A stretch of 64,000 nucleotides of DNA from assembly GCA_964016885.1 (NCBI GenBank), contig OZ024745.1, positions 55,552,001 through 55,616,000 on the forward strand, in the 5' to 3' direction. The DNA comes from Eledone cirrhosa (taxonomy: Eukaryota). The notes beneath the pieces were generated by a model. The model saw nothing but the letters and a program-made list of their open reading frames with translations. It was not told the origin of the DNA and did no database searches. Of this stretch, positions 1 through 14,121 are shown piece by piece. Both the position numbers and the translations under genes were made by a program. Each line of letters begins with the position of its first letter. Positions within the stretch are counted from its first letter, which is position 1.

Positions 1-345
1 GGTTCTTTTAGAGGCGTTCTTAAACTCTCATTGTTATAACTGCATCACTGGGTTGTGAGAGGTTTCTTGGGAGCTACAAATGTCACATATTGCTCCATCT
101 CTCCTGTTAGTTTACCATTGTAACTGAATATACAATATGATGAGGAAAAAAAAAGAACAATGCCGTATAGTTTAACAAGGGACGCATTCAACCTTAGGTA
201 GAGAGGTCTGTTCAAAAAATATATTGCTGCTTTCCATTTCGTACAGCAGAAATTGGCGATGGGCATGATCTGGGAAGCGTGGGATGGAGGTACAAATATT
301 GCGTATCCCTAGGCACCATAAAGCATCCGAAACGGAGCAAACCTT
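1..345 (-). pseudogene. Possible highly decayed LINE RT C-terminal relic
   Basis: Minus-strand fragments MRPLLNY and YNGKLTGEM loosely resemble the 'VRPLLEY...YFNGKCS.EL' C-terminus of CR1/L2/Jockey-group RTs. Many stops and frameshifts. Confidence 0.25.
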
Positions 346-1590
346 GACAATTGGAACATTGCTTTCAATTATGTTAATTATTAGCAGTGTCGATAGATTC
401 GTAATTGTATCTTTCAATGGTTTATTTTATATTATTCAATTTTCAATATTGAACTGTCGAAATGTAATAATTTCAAGAATATAATGTGTAGATATATACA
501 ATGTGTTTATGATATATCTTATTTTACAAATCAAACTGCTGTTTTGTCTTATTCACCTGTGACGTCCCTTTGTTAAATATATGAATTATTAAGACATTCA
601 CGCGTGTTTTGAATCATGCAGACTGTTTCTGAACGCAATAGTATTATTTTGATAAAATAAACCATGTTCATATTCCAGTGCAATTCTTCATAAATATATA
701 ATCTATTCAATACCATAGTATCGTTAAGACATGAGTAACGTAGGCCATGGTTGACCTGTCCAGAAAGACAACTCTCAAATGCGCCTTATGTCTTATAAGC
801 AAAATTATGTAGGCGTGGGAGACCGGTTAAACACATTTATCTACACCTTGATTGCGTATGTAAGAGCCCAGTACCTTTCTAACATTGATAATAATTCTGA
901 AATCAGAGAATATCATATGAATTACAGATTTACCTACCGTCTTTCTTTAAGACTTTATCGGCGTTCTTGTGGTAGAAGGTACATTGAAATTTCAATGTAA
1001 CCTGCCAATTGAGAACTTAAATATCCCTTATATACAGATGACCATTTTAACTTATTTGTTGATAAAATATATTTTATATACTTTAGTACGGAAATTAGTA
1101 ATTTAATGTAACTTTCAAAAAATATATATATATATAAAGACAAACTCAATATATTTCGGGTTTACGTGAAGTTACAAACGTTAAAAATTTAATGAGGATG
1201 AATAAATTATGGATTTACATTATCTGACAGATTCTATATAATAAAATAAATGAAAAACTAAAGTTACTATCATAGACATATGACTACAATATAGCTAAAG
1301 AACATTTATATTCTAACTCTATGTACAGAATTATATTATAATTTAATCAGAAATTGTAGACGCAATAAACAGCTAATCGATAACATATTTTATAACAAAT
1401 GGAACTGTCAAGTATTTTGAAAAATCACACTCCTTATTAGAGTAACTAATACAAAATATATATCCTTAGGTTTAAATTCCAGCTGATAAAATTTGGTTTT
1501 AAAGAAAGAAATTGGATTGTTAGATAATAACAGAAGTCGCCGTCGCCATGAATATGTAGAGAAATTTGAACTAAATCAAACTAAGAGATA

Positions 1591-1832
<242 letters not shown>

Positions 1833-2039
1833 ACAGAGTACGAGAGAGAGACGGAGAGAGATAGAGAGGCAGAGCGAGAATTCAAGAAATGTAGATATAC
1901 TAAATTTAGATAGAAACTCCGTGTATCAATATATATGATATATTACATATTATATTTTCACAATAATTCGTTATTGTTGGTATATATATATATATGTACA
2001 TAATACTTGTTTGTAAATATGCATATATTGGTGAATAAG

Positions 2040-2259
2040 GGAGGTGAATTTGCAGTATTGGTGGAGGGTCAGACACTGTGCTTTGTAGCATAGAGTTATT
2101 GCCCTTTACGCTGTGATATCAAATCCCACTGAAGTTAGCATTGCCTTTCATCCTTACGGGGTTGATAAAATAAAGCACCATACTGAACTGGGGTCAATTT
2201 AATCAACTTTTCCTTCCTCAAAAATGACTCACCTTGTGCCTAAACTAGAAAATATTATT
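2040..2259 (+). mobile_element. tRNA-derived SINE, diverged copy
   Basis: Matches the SINE family at 14122, 52220 and 59926 (GCCTTTCATCCTTACGGGG-GATAAAATAAAG...CCTTGTGCC..AGAAA). A-box and B-box are degenerate. Confidence 0.8.
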
Positions 2260-2559
2260 CATTCTAATTTATGGATCACACATTAATCTATCATAGCAAA
2301 CACATTCCTAAGAAGCTAACGTTAACTGCATGGCAGAATGTAAAATTATAATGCAAAAACTGTAAAATAATGTACAGAATTTACTATGTAAATGGAGAAT
2401 CTCTTCGAGTGAGCTGTAGGATATTTATTCAGAATAGGAGAGTTTCTGTCATTAACACAATATTGCGCGTCGAGAAACCATTCAATGTACAGCAATATGC
2501 ATGACCCGCGACATTGTAGTCACCCTGAAATTCTCGTTTACATCAGATGTCATAATGAA

Positions 2560-3540
2560 GAACATGACCCTGTTTGGATCTTGATTTAATCCAAATAATA
2601 TTGATTGAATCCAAGGAATCTCCTTCTGGTGGAGAAAAGAAGTTATGAATGACCTGTTCAAATTCATTGCAGAGCTGAAGGTGTAGACCATTGCTATTTG
2701 TTCAATTCTTCCAATGCCATGTTATCCGTAACACACCTGGCGTAAGAAATCACCCAAGAGAAGAATCTTGGCAGACCAATGATCGTGATAGAATGCTATT
2801 GTTGATTCCTCTCTACTGTAGAGAGTCGGAGAAAAACACAGAAAATATATTCAAAGAACTGCTTTGCGGTAAGGCAACTCAGAGGGCTATGACTCTGTCA
2901 CTAACATTCTAGGGTCACTCCAGATGGCTTGTTAGTTCAGTTAAAATATTAAAGCCTACACCTCACACTTCTTTATCTCCTTCGGGCTTTGCTTTCCTGA
3001 AATAAGATGTAACCAGCTCCGGATTCTGTTAACTGATTGACACGCTGTGTTTCAGAGACTGCAGCTATGTCAATACAATTCCGAGCCAATTTTCTTGCTA
3101 TCAAACGAGTTTAACTTTCAGGATCACTCGTCATCCTGCAGTCAAAAAGTATCCTTATGTTCTAAGTAGCGACATGCATTCTCTACTTTTGATATAGTAT
3201 CTCTTGATTTTGCCTTTCTATTATGAAGCACAGCCAACCGCAGGCTGCTGGCCACATTGATGACTGACCAGCCTTTGACAACGTCAATGTTTCTAGTCAC
3301 TATTCATGAGGTATGGATGAAAAATGCATCCCCAAAAGGCAATACCAAGATATTCATGACTCCACTGAAGCATGTTGTTGTTCATATTACCTATGCGGTG
3401 AATTTCGAATGGATTTGAGACGTCCTGGTATGGAAATTATATTCTAATTTGTCGAGACTGCACACATTGATACACATCCTCCACTGTGGGAATTGTGAAG
3501 AAATACCTGCACATAAAGAAGACAAACCTACATGTGTTGT
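2560..3540 (+). pseudogene. Possible RTE-like LINE relic
   Basis: Scattered peptides LIDTLCFRDCSYV (cf. LLFADDCAL), VKKYPY (cf. V.KFKYLGS) and GMDEKCIPKRQY (cf. RM.D.RIPKQLLY) occur in the expected order. Confidence 0.35.
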
Positions 3541-3789
3541 ACATATTATGCCAATATATGTATATATATAGCGTATATTTTATCTCTGGGTGAATATCGT
3601 TTTAGTGGAGGTATGTAGAGTTTGATTATTTTATTACTTTATATTTACCGCACTATCCCTAGTTTGTATGTACTTTGCCAGGGTAGAACGTTGTCCTCTA
3701 TTATCTGAAATAATTCATTATGTGCCTTCTCTCATTGCTATGATTTATAATGAGTTCGGTCAGTCTTCCTTGAGCTCCCTTGATCATAG

Positions 3790-3854
<65 letters not shown>

Positions 3855-4029
3855 GTATATATGTGTGTATGTCCGTTTGTTTATCTGCGCGTACTTATGT
3901 ATGTGTGTGTGCGTGCGTGCGCGTGTGTGTATCCGTGTGTTAACGTATTTTTGGTCACATGCCGTATCTTAAAAAGGAGAATTACTTTGGAAAACATATG
4001 ATTAAGTAACAAGATAATATGATAAAAAT

Positions 4030-4119
<90 letters not shown>

Positions 4120-4510
4120 TACATATATTCGTGCGTTTGAAGATTTTAATATCAATAAACGTGTGTCACTTAAACGCGCACACACAGATTATATGCTATG
4201 TTTGTGGTAACAATATGCGTGTTAAAAACTATTCAAGAGCGAATTAAAATGATTCGGTATCAAAACCGATGGGATTATGCTGGCTAATCTTGTAAGTATT
4301 TCTGCACTGTTTAAATGACTATACATAACTCATGTTTTACTTGTGTTCTCTATGGCTTGCGTCAGTAATAATGCATGATCAACATTGCAGTTTTGCATTA
4401 AATAATCAGCTTTTCTTATTTGCTCTCCATTTAATATCTATTACGTGAAATGCGAAAAACGCATATATGAAAATAAAGTTGTGTGAAGTGAGTATACAAT
4501 ATTATATGTA

Positions 4511-4652
<142 letters not shown>

Positions 4653-4692
4653 CGATATTAACAAATGGAAACTATATTTATAAAACCATATT

Positions 4693-4757
4693 TATTTCAT
4701 TATACATATTTCAAGGACACCAAGTTAAATTATGGTGTGCTTTCATCAGACAAAATA
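4693..4757 (-). ncRNA. Type I hammerhead ribozyme (family B)
   Basis: UAUUUUGU-CUGAUGA-stem II (ACACCA/UGGUGU)-GAAA-UAUGUA-UA-AUGAAAUA. Confidence 0.8.
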
Positions 4758-4938
4758 TAATATAAATCACTTTTATAAATAAATATTGACATACCCTTAA
4801 AAAAATGCAACCATTACTGTTGGAAGCTCCCGGATAGCGGAGTTGTTTATTTATATTATTATTAGTATTGGATATTTTTATTTTTAATATAAGCCGTTGG
4901 GTTACAGAGAAAGAAAAAGAAGGAGAGAGAGAAAAAAA

Positions 4939-6402
4939 TAATAATAAGTTTATTCAGTTGGATATTGCTAACTATTACTCATCTATCACTCCTAATCTAC
5001 TGAATAAGGCACTAACTTACGCATTTAAACATACAGACATAACTAGCAATGAAATGCACATTATATTATCGGCACTGAAAACATTAATAGAATTTAATAA
5101 CCAACTCTGGACTAGGGCAGATAGAAATAATAATTTCGACATAACTATGGGATCTTCCGATTCCACTCAGGTAACGGATCTTGTGGGCCTATTTATAATT
5201 AATTCTCTACATAGAAAAATACCTCAGATAACCGGAGGTTTATATCGTGACGACATGCTTTTACTTATAGAAAATAATAACTGTGAACTAAATAGAAAAA
5301 GAAAACAAATTATACATTTTTTTAGTTACCTTAATCTAAAAGTAGAAATAGAGAATAACCATAAAATAGTCAATTTTCTAGATGTAACACTAAATCTTAA
5401 CACATATCTTCATTATCCATTTCACAAACTAAATGAGAACATAAATTACGTCAATTTTAACTCTAATCACCCCAGATCCGTTAAAAATACTATAGTGAAC
5501 TCTGTACAAGAACGAATTTCGAGAATTTCAGCTGATAAGAATATATTTGATGAAAAAGCACATTATTACAACGAAGCGTTATGTAGAGCTGGGTATAGAA
5601 ATAAAATTAAATACATCGATAATAATAATAATAATAAAATCGTAACAATTTTAACTATGGAAACAATTTTAACAACTATAATAGAAAACCTAACATTAAT
5701 TCCGGAAGCCGAAAAAGAAATAGAACTAGGAACATATTATGCTCCTCCTTTCTCATTAAATATTAAAACCCCTATTGCTAAACTATTTTTTAAAGCTCTT
5801 GACAAATGCTTCCCTAGAACACATACATATTACTCAATTTTTAATAGACATACTATAAAATTAACTTATTCTTCCACCAAAAATTTAGCGCAAAATATTA
5901 ATAGAATTAATAATATAAATTTAAAACCTAACCAAAATACCAATAATAACCCAAGCAATATTCAATTTGATAAATGTAACTGTAGAAATAAATCTAACTG
6001 TCCGTTAAATAACAATCTCTTAGCTAAAAATGTAGTATATAATTGTAATGTAAAAACTAATTTGAATTCATTTAATTATGTGGATCTACTTACACACAGT
6101 TTAAATTCCGCTTCAATAATCATAAAACATATTTTACAGATCCAAACAAAAAATCTTCAACTTCTCTATCTAGCCTATTATGGGACCTAAAACTAAAGAA
6201 CGTTGAATATTCGTTGATTTGGAATATTATTTCAAAAGCTACTCCTTTTAACCGCTCTTCAGAAAATTGCGATCTTTGTCTAAAGGAAATATTCTTTATA
6301 TTAAAGACCAAAAATTCCCTGAACATAAGGAATAATTTATTCAGTTGCTGCAGACATAGATTAAACTCAACGTTTAAATATAAATATAAATTTAAAATGT
6401 AG
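4939..6402 (+). pseudogene. PLE reverse transcriptase + C-terminal GIY-YIG endonuclease (frameshifted, 5'-truncated)
   Basis: Motifs LDIANYY, FDITMGSSDS..DLVGLF, GGLYRDD, NFLDVTL, PPFS, CNCRNKSNCPL..NVVY, then a frameshift at about 6083 into YVG..RFNNH, WNII..CDLCLKE..CCRH. The CxCx5C and CxxC..CxH pattern suggests the Hydra clade (from recall; needs phylogeny). Confidence 0.9.
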
Positions 6403-7679
6403 TATATAATTAATTAATTAATTAATTTTATTAATATATGAAACCTGTCGATAAATCATTAGATTCCTTCATCTTATTTGACTAATTATACACTGAAGTA
6501 AAAATAACTTTTCTTCCTAAATATAAATATAATCAACTATTCTAGAGAAATATATTGAGAGCTCTTGAAAGGAGAAAATATTTCCTATTTCTTATTTATT
6601 TATTATTTTTTTTTTTTTTTTTTATTGTTTTCTTATTTTTCTGATAGCTTCTCCTATTTTCGAAGGTTTATCCTTTCAAAATGTTGAGTTAAATATACGT
6701 AAGATAAATTTATATACTAAATCTATTAAACATACTAATATTTTGAAATTATAACTTAAAATATTCTATAATATTTTAAAATTGTATTGCTTTTAAAGGT
6801 CTATTGCTTATAATTATATTTCCAAATTGTAATATAATCCTATTGTATATTATGTACTCAATTATACTATGTACTGTATTGATGTACACTTCTCTCTATA
6901 TGTGAGTATATATGTATATGTGTGTATTGACATACATGTACATATGTTCTAAGCGTTTTTATGAATGTATGTCTCTCTGTATATATATGTATGCGTCATG
7001 CATATCTACCTATTGGCTGATATATATATATGTATATGTGAGAATTGTGTATATGCATGTGCGTGTATATCCATACAACTTGATTGCACTTATGTATATA
7101 TCACAATGATTCCTGACAGATAGACATATAATTAACAGCCATAAATACATAACAGGTAATGTTGTAAAACATAAACAAAAAATTTTGTTTAATAACATAA
7201 AGTGTGTATAACATAACATTTTCTTTAATATCTTAACAATTTTAAGATTCCTATATCTTAAATTAATTAAAATAATACTTTATGCTTTGTGTGTATATAT
7301 TATATACGTAGTTAGATATGTTATGTATTTTATAAGTGTGTATATATATTTATATGTATTTTTGCGTGTGTATACGTGTTATCTGACATGTAGTTCTATA
7401 GCAATATATGGATTTCTTAATCTATAGATCCCAATTTTTAATATATTGATCTCAATTTTTAAATGATTAACTAAACATGTAATCATATTTAAACAATGAT
7501 TAATTTATCATATTATATATGTATATTCCATTCATGATTATTAACATTTCTAATTTATATTTATTCATTTCATCTCAATTGTAAAGTTAACACGAGAAGA
7601 TATAACTTAGAGTTTTCGTTCTCTCCCCTTCTCTCTGTCTCCTATCTCTCTCTATATATCTTTCTCTCTCTGTTATTTT

Positions 7680-7744
<65 letters not shown>

Positions 7745-7938
7745 TCTCTCGCTCTCTCTTTTTTTCTCTCTCTCCTTCCTTTTCTTTCTCTGTAACCCAA
7801 CGGCTTATTTTAAAAATAAAAATATGCAATACTAATAATAATATAAGTAAACAACTACGCTATCCGGGAGCTTCCAACAGTAATGGTTGCATTCTTTAAA
7901 GGTATGTCAATATTTATTTATAAAACTGATCTATATTA

Positions 7939-8003
7939 TATTTTGTCTGATGAAAGCACACCATAATTTAACTTGGTGTCCTTGAAATATGTATAATGAA
8001 ATA
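7939..8003 (+). ncRNA. Type I hammerhead ribozyme (family B)
   Basis: CTGATGA at 7947, GAAA at 7984, predicted cleavage after A7995. Stem I is TATTTTGT/ATGAAATA with G-U pairs. Confidence 0.8.
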
Positions 8004-8130
8004 AATATGGTTTTATAAATATAGTTTAAAATTTGTTAATATCGTATGTTTACTCCAAATACTTGTTGAGTGCTTTATATCAATTATACAATATTTGCTT
8101 GTTGTATCCCAACAATTTAAATAGAACTTT

Positions 8131-8173
<43 letters not shown>

Positions 8174-8604
8174 GGAAACAATGAAACGAAATTTCATTTC
8201 TCACTCTTAGTACGACTGTTTCTTAAATATATGTATGTATACGTACATACATATATATGTACATACGTACAGTAGTATGTATATATATATATACATACAT
8301 GCACACATATATATATAAGAATAACTATGTTGCTTGTGTTTATTTCCATCTTCGGTTAGCTTCCCCCTGTGTTGTTTACTTGTCTCACTCGCTTTACGCG
8401 TTTCTATTGTCCTAATAACTTATTTTAGTTATTATCGCTCCAACGTGAGGTATATGATTTTTAATGCGATGAAATACCCATGATCGTTTGGTAAATCACT
8501 GATGAGGGACTCATTTTATAACATGTTATCCATGTGCAACCAGCAGTAATCTTCTCACCCAAATTTTCATATATATATATATATATACTTGTGTATAATG
8601 GTAG

Positions 8605-9010
8605 GTATGGTGCTTCCATAGGCGGTATGCCAAAATTAGCACTCAATATTCATATAGAGTAGAGTGTGGATAGTATAAAAACGAAAAATCAGTGATGCAT
8701 CTGGACTCAATTTATTGCGTGTTACAATTGTTTCGCCGGCAGGTAGCTCGAGACATGATCACTGTATGAATCTGGCTGATTCTACGGCTGCAGGTTCCTT
8801 CGGACACGGGTAGTTCTTTCGGAGCAGATTTTCTCACTGGGGTGTTATCGTCAAAAAAACACCTTCAAAAAACATCTTTCACTTCATGCTGTTGTCTGTT
8901 GTTATTCTACGTCATCTTAAGTTATGGTCACTATTTACTGGTAGACGTGTCATCAGCCATTTTCCGTCCGACACACTTCAATGGAATCGTGCTGGGTTCA
9001 GTATCTCACA
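8605..9010 (-). mobile_element. PLE-type pLTR, family D (long-stem-II HHR, core degenerate)
   Basis: Homologous to 12580-12830 and 62555-62990. Retains GAAA-CAATTG-TA, but the core reads CCGAAGGA. Confidence 0.65.
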
Positions 9011-9661
9011 CGTCTATTCACACTCCAGAGTATGTACCCACACATACACACTCACACACATACACACACACAGAAAGGCACAGACACATGCGCGCATATA
9101 TGTACGCATATATGTACGCATACATGTGTAGATACACATACCACCATTCACATATATACACGCACACACTCTCCCTCCTCTCTTCCACAAACCCAGGCAC
9201 ACCCACTTCTAGATATCGACCGCCACAAGCCTATTAGCGCCTGCCTAAACCGCGCCATACATCCGGTCCCATACGCACGCAAACGCGCACACACGTGCAG
9301 ACACATACGTCTGTATACACATACGTTTATATACACCCGTATACAAACACATAGACAAAACATGTCCTATGTGGGTGTACGTACGCCCCCCCCCCTATTG
9401 ACAGATACTCACAGCATATATATATATATATATATCTTTATGTATATGTGTGTGTGTACATAGACACACACAATATACACACGCATGCAGACACATACGT
9501 ATATACATATATACATACGCACACATACATATACTTACCCATGTATACACGCACATACACATAGAAACTTATACGCACATACGTCCATATGTGTACACAC
9601 ACCCACGCAAACATACACATATACTCACACATACGCGCGCACACATGCCTACGCACAACCT

Positions 9662-9789
<128 letters not shown>

Positions 9790-9793
9790 TATG

Positions 9794-10589
9794 TAACCCT
9801 TTTCAAAGACCTCCCTGTATAGATAAGAAATGTATAATCTGTAAACTAAGCCCCCATATTAACTGTAAAACTAGAAATGTAGTATATAGCATATGATGTA
9901 CTGAAGGACAATGTAGAGATAAGAATATAGTGTACATAGGTGAGACATCTCGTAGTATAGGAGAACGGATAAATGAATACTGGCGAGAGCTTCAAGATTG
10001 TAAAGAATCATCTGTACTCTACCAACAAAAAAGACGCAATGTTTAGACAAATCACGGAGGCAATAAACATAAATGAACTCCAACCAAAATTAAATAGAAA
10101 GCATGAATGGAATAGCAACATCACAACTTACAATCAAAGACAAAATGAAAACACACGGACACATAGAACAAACAACCAACCAGTAACATGTAAATAAACA
10201 AATAAATAAACAAATATAAACACACACAGACACCCGGATGTAACACATGCGCAAAATTAAGCACACAACACACACAAAAACAAGATGGCGTAGGACAGAA
10301 CACAGGAGAGGGCAAAAACAAAGAAAATAAACTCCAGTCACTGAAGAGGTCACAGAATGTGTGACGAAAGAACTTTAACAATATATGAACAATCGTCTGG
10401 TTGTGAAACCAACCAACCAACCGGAAATTTATAAATTCCTAAATTTATAAATTTTATTTATAATAAATTGAAGTGAAAGCGACTGGTGCGTGTGTTTCTT
10501 ATTGGCAACATGACCCTCCCAAAGTATAACAATATCGGTTTCAACACACGGTTTCAGATAAAGAATCTTGTTAAACAAATTCAGAAACG

Positions 10590-10593
<4 letters not shown>
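9794..10593 (+). mobile_element. PLE 3' fragment: GIY-YIG end + pLTR (family A)
   Basis: [35 protein letters not shown], near-identical to 36194-37050, with a stop and an internal deletion. Both ends lie in (TA)n. Confidence 0.9.
10337..10379 (+). ncRNA. Minimal hammerhead ribozyme (family A)
   Basis: GTCA-CTGAAGA-GGTCACA..TGTGAC-GAAA-GAAC-TT-TAAC (one stem I mismatch). Confidence 0.65.
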
Positions 10594-10646
<53 letters not shown>

Positions 10647-11036
10647 CATACAAAATACACGTACGTACACATAACTACATACACACACATTCATACATAA
10701 AACAACTGCACATGAATACGCACAACCACATATATACATACATATATACATGCACACATATATACATCTACATACATATACATACGCACACGGGCGGCCA
10801 CATGCAGACACATGCACATATCCATATTTGCTTACATACACATGCTTCCACATCTACATATATAAACAAAACCGTAACATAAAAATACAATATATAACAA
10901 AAAACACAATATACCATAAAATAACAGTAAAATAACAGTAAAATAACATATCAATATAGTATATAATATAATATATATATACATGCACACATATCTATAC
11001 ATACATATACGGATATATACAATGGATATATGATGA

Positions 11037-11067
<31 letters not shown>

Positions 11068-11694
11068 TGAATATATAATTCATCCGTACACATTCCTGTG
11101 TTATGTACACATATACATATGTACACACATAAATACACATACATATAGAGACCCACATATACATACATACGCACACACACTTTTATATATACATACGCAC
11201 CCACATACACACACATACTCATACGCAGCTATACGTACATATATATATACATATATATATATACACACACTCAGCCACATATGTACATACATCTACATGC
11301 ATGCACACACACGCTTATAAGCTCATGCATATTCGTACACATGCATACATACACACACCCATATACACCCACGTATATATATATATCTACATACACACAC
11401 ATAATATACCTACGCACAGGTCTACACATAAAAACACACATATAAACACAATAGGATAATAAAATAAAATAAATAAATTTACAATATTTTAAAATACATT
11501 AAAATCTGTATGTAACTTCAAAAATAGATAAATAAAAAAGGGGTAAATAAAAAAACGGGTGGGGGGTACAGGAGAAGGTGCGTGTATCCATGTGATATAC
11601 TACACACAAGTAGTATGAGGTGCAAACTTAGGTCCGTATATGGAACAAGTAACAATGACAAAACAATAACAACAGTAATAATAATTTTGGAGAG

Positions 11695-12140
11695 TCACGA
11701 TTGACGGGGTACACATTTAAGGGGACGTTTGGCCCGGTCACCATGGGGTATGCCACTGTGGCTGAGGTGTGCTGTTCTACATGTTTGGGGTGTTGGACCG
11801 GACGACCGTGGACCCCGTGTTAGCCGGTCCCGGTCTAGGCGATGTACCTGCCGAATGCTGCGTGCTCGGTCAGGTGTGCACCCTGGTTTACTTATGTTTG
11901 CCACACGGGTCGCACAATGTCATCAGGGCATGGCGTCAGGTCCCTTAATCCCGTTGGGCCGTTCGGGTCTGTGCGTACCCGGTCCCATGCCCTTGCCTTG
12001 TGCCACTCGGAGGATTCCATGCTACAAATGTACATCTCTGGTGTCTGCAGGTCATGATAATTTCAGACTTCAGGTTGACCGCGTCATCTTTCAGTTTAAC
12101 CATCTCCATAACCATGTGTAGGCATAATCGGCACTTTCTA
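11695..12140 (-). mobile_element. PLE C-terminal remnant
   Basis: Minus frame RKCRLCLHMVMEMVKLKDDAVNLKSEIIMTCRH matches the CxLC...LN.RSE...CRH end of these GIY-YIG proteins. It starts at a (TA)n tract. Confidence 0.7.
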
Positions 12141-12228
<88 letters not shown>

Positions 12229-12231
12229 TAT

Positions 12232-12269
<38 letters not shown>

Positions 12270-12411
12270 TATTACACATGGAAATCTATAAGTATTCATA
12301 GACGCATCTATTTTTGAATTCATATTTTATGATTACTTTTATATCTATTTCCCACCCCCTTCATGTTGTCCCCGTTGACTCCCCCTCTCACTCTCGTAGT
12401 TCCTTCTCCAA

Positions 12412-12450
12412 CTCTCCTGATGAAGGACTTTTGTCCGAAACGCCGTAAAC
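12412..12450 (+). ncRNA. Hammerhead core motif (family C; stem I not evident)
   Basis: CTGATGA-AGGAC-TTTT-GTCC-GAAA-CGCCG-TA, inside a solo pLTR-like segment (about 12350-12530). Confidence 0.55.
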
Positions 12451-12680
12451 AAAAACCCACTGTCACCAAGCGTGAAGCTAACAGCACTTTGTACCACTGA
12501 ATCCACCGTTTTGTTTGCTTGTTTGTCATTTTGAACTATATATATATATATATACTCGTAGTAAAGTTGCTTGGATGCATCCAAAGGCTGTATTCCGTTT
12601 GAGCACACTATGCTTCTTCGGAGCAGAGTATAATAATATGGAGAACGAATAATCAGTGTTGCATCGGAATACAATTTATT

Positions 12681-12773
12681 ACGTATTACAATTGTTTCTC
12701 CGGCGAACAGCTCGAGGTGCGATCTGTTTATTGATCGAACTAGACTCTGGATTCGCAAGTTCCTCAGATACGT
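12681..12773 (-). ncRNA. Type I hammerhead ribozyme with 62-nt stem II domain (family D)
   Basis: ACGUAU-CUGAGGA-[62 nt]-GAAA-CAAUUG-UA-AUACGU. Stem I is a perfect 6 bp and stem III is palindromic. Confidence 0.8.
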
Positions 12774-12849
12774 CTAATGATTTCGAAAGCAAATCATCTT
12801 TCTGTTGGGCTCCGACCATTCTTTTTGCCTGGCCCGTCGAATAATGATA

Positions 12850-13310
12850 TTGGATTCGTTTGCAAATATAAAGCCTCATTATGCTATGTGTTTTAGTCGA
12901 CGATCGTCACCTTTTGTTTCCATCTATGACAAAGAGAAACAATAGACAATAATACTGTTTCTGTGGGTTATTGCCCTTTGTCAAGATTGTGTATTTCTCT
13001 TCTCTGTCACAAACTAGAACTATTGAGAATATATAGTATTGCCTAAAGTGATAGTATTGCCTTATGATAAGCCTAATTTGGATATCGAGCAATTTCATGT
13101 ATGGCTTTGTCGAAAATTAAAGACAAAAATAGTTTGGCTCTAACATAGCGGATACATAAATACATTCATGTGATTTATATCGCATCGTTTGCAATCAAAC
13201 AGCCTCATTACGCTGTGTTTTAGACCTCAATTGCTATCATTTTGTCCTAGCGAGAAAACAACAATAACATTATTTCTGGGTCATTGACCTTTATCAAGAT
13301 TGTATATCAC
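12850..13310. repeat. Old diverged direct duplication (about 140-bp units, about 330 bp apart)
   Basis: TCGTTTGCAA..AGCCTCATTA..TGTGTTTTAG..CCTTT.TCAAGATTGT occurs at about 12855-12995 and 13185-13305. Confidence 0.5.
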
Positions 13311-13339
13311 ATTCACATTACTCTCTTGTTTTGCCAATA

Positions 13340-13960
13340 CTCAGTTCCTCTTTCAATTCAGAATATTTAGCGTTTTTATTTTCAGTCTCCTTACTCGACA
13401 TATTCGTGTCACTTCGTACGGCCTCGTCGATGATCTGACAATATTTGTGTTTCTAGTTCAATACGACGATGTTGTCCAGGCGGCGATGTTGAATTACTCT
13501 ATCAGTTTGAAAATCATATTCTCAGAATATTGTTGCTTTCTTATCACCAAGCATTACTTTACAAGGTAAATGTTCATACCAATTCTCCATGATTGCATAT
13601 TCGTTTTTACTACACAAAAGCCAATGAATTTATAGACTGACTTTTTCATGTTGGCGTTCGTATTATTTTTGCGCTAGTCCCTCACATCCAACTAGCAATT
13701 GGGTTACGTTGACCATATTCTTTCCACAGAGCCTGAATTTTTAGGTGTCAAAGATTTTGTAGATGTTATATTTCACTGAAGTGGTAGCAAGGGCTTGGTC
13801 TTGTGCTGAAAATATAAAGCTACTTAGGCCAAATCCATGATGGGATTTTATCCTGTATATCTCTTTTAAATTGACCATGTCTTCTCTTTCCTAGAAGATA
13901 TGTTCGTTTGTCTTCAGCTCTTTGAACAAACTCTTCCTTTCCAACTATTTCTATTGCATT
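13340..13960 (-). pseudogene. R4/Dong-clade (RLE) LINE relic, zinc-knuckle/endonuclease region
   Basis: YERQHEKVSL*IHWLLC..WYEHLP..EYDFQTDRVIQHRRLDNIVVLN..CQIIDEAV..SKETEK matches the R4/Dong pattern RHD..IHW.LC..QTD..RRPD..IID.AVP..KE.EK. Confidence 0.8.
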
Positions 13961-14121
13961 TATACTACAATTTGAAAGCCTCGAAATCCCCATGCTTATT
14001 TATAAAGAAATATGTATTCCGTATATGAACGGTCACACTTACTCATGAATTTTGCTTGGACTTAGGAAAATTATTTCAAAGCATTTTGTAAACGTATACT
14101 TTAGAAGATTATATTCAATAA

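Noticed and set aside
9894-9896. In-frame TGA in the PLE EN as selenocysteine
   Set aside because: The paralog at about 36952 has AGA (Arg) at this position, not Cys, so it is a simple nonsense mutation.
11729-12121. 130-aa GC-rich plus-strand ORF
   Set aside because: It is antisense to a PLE C-terminal remnant and has no independent support.
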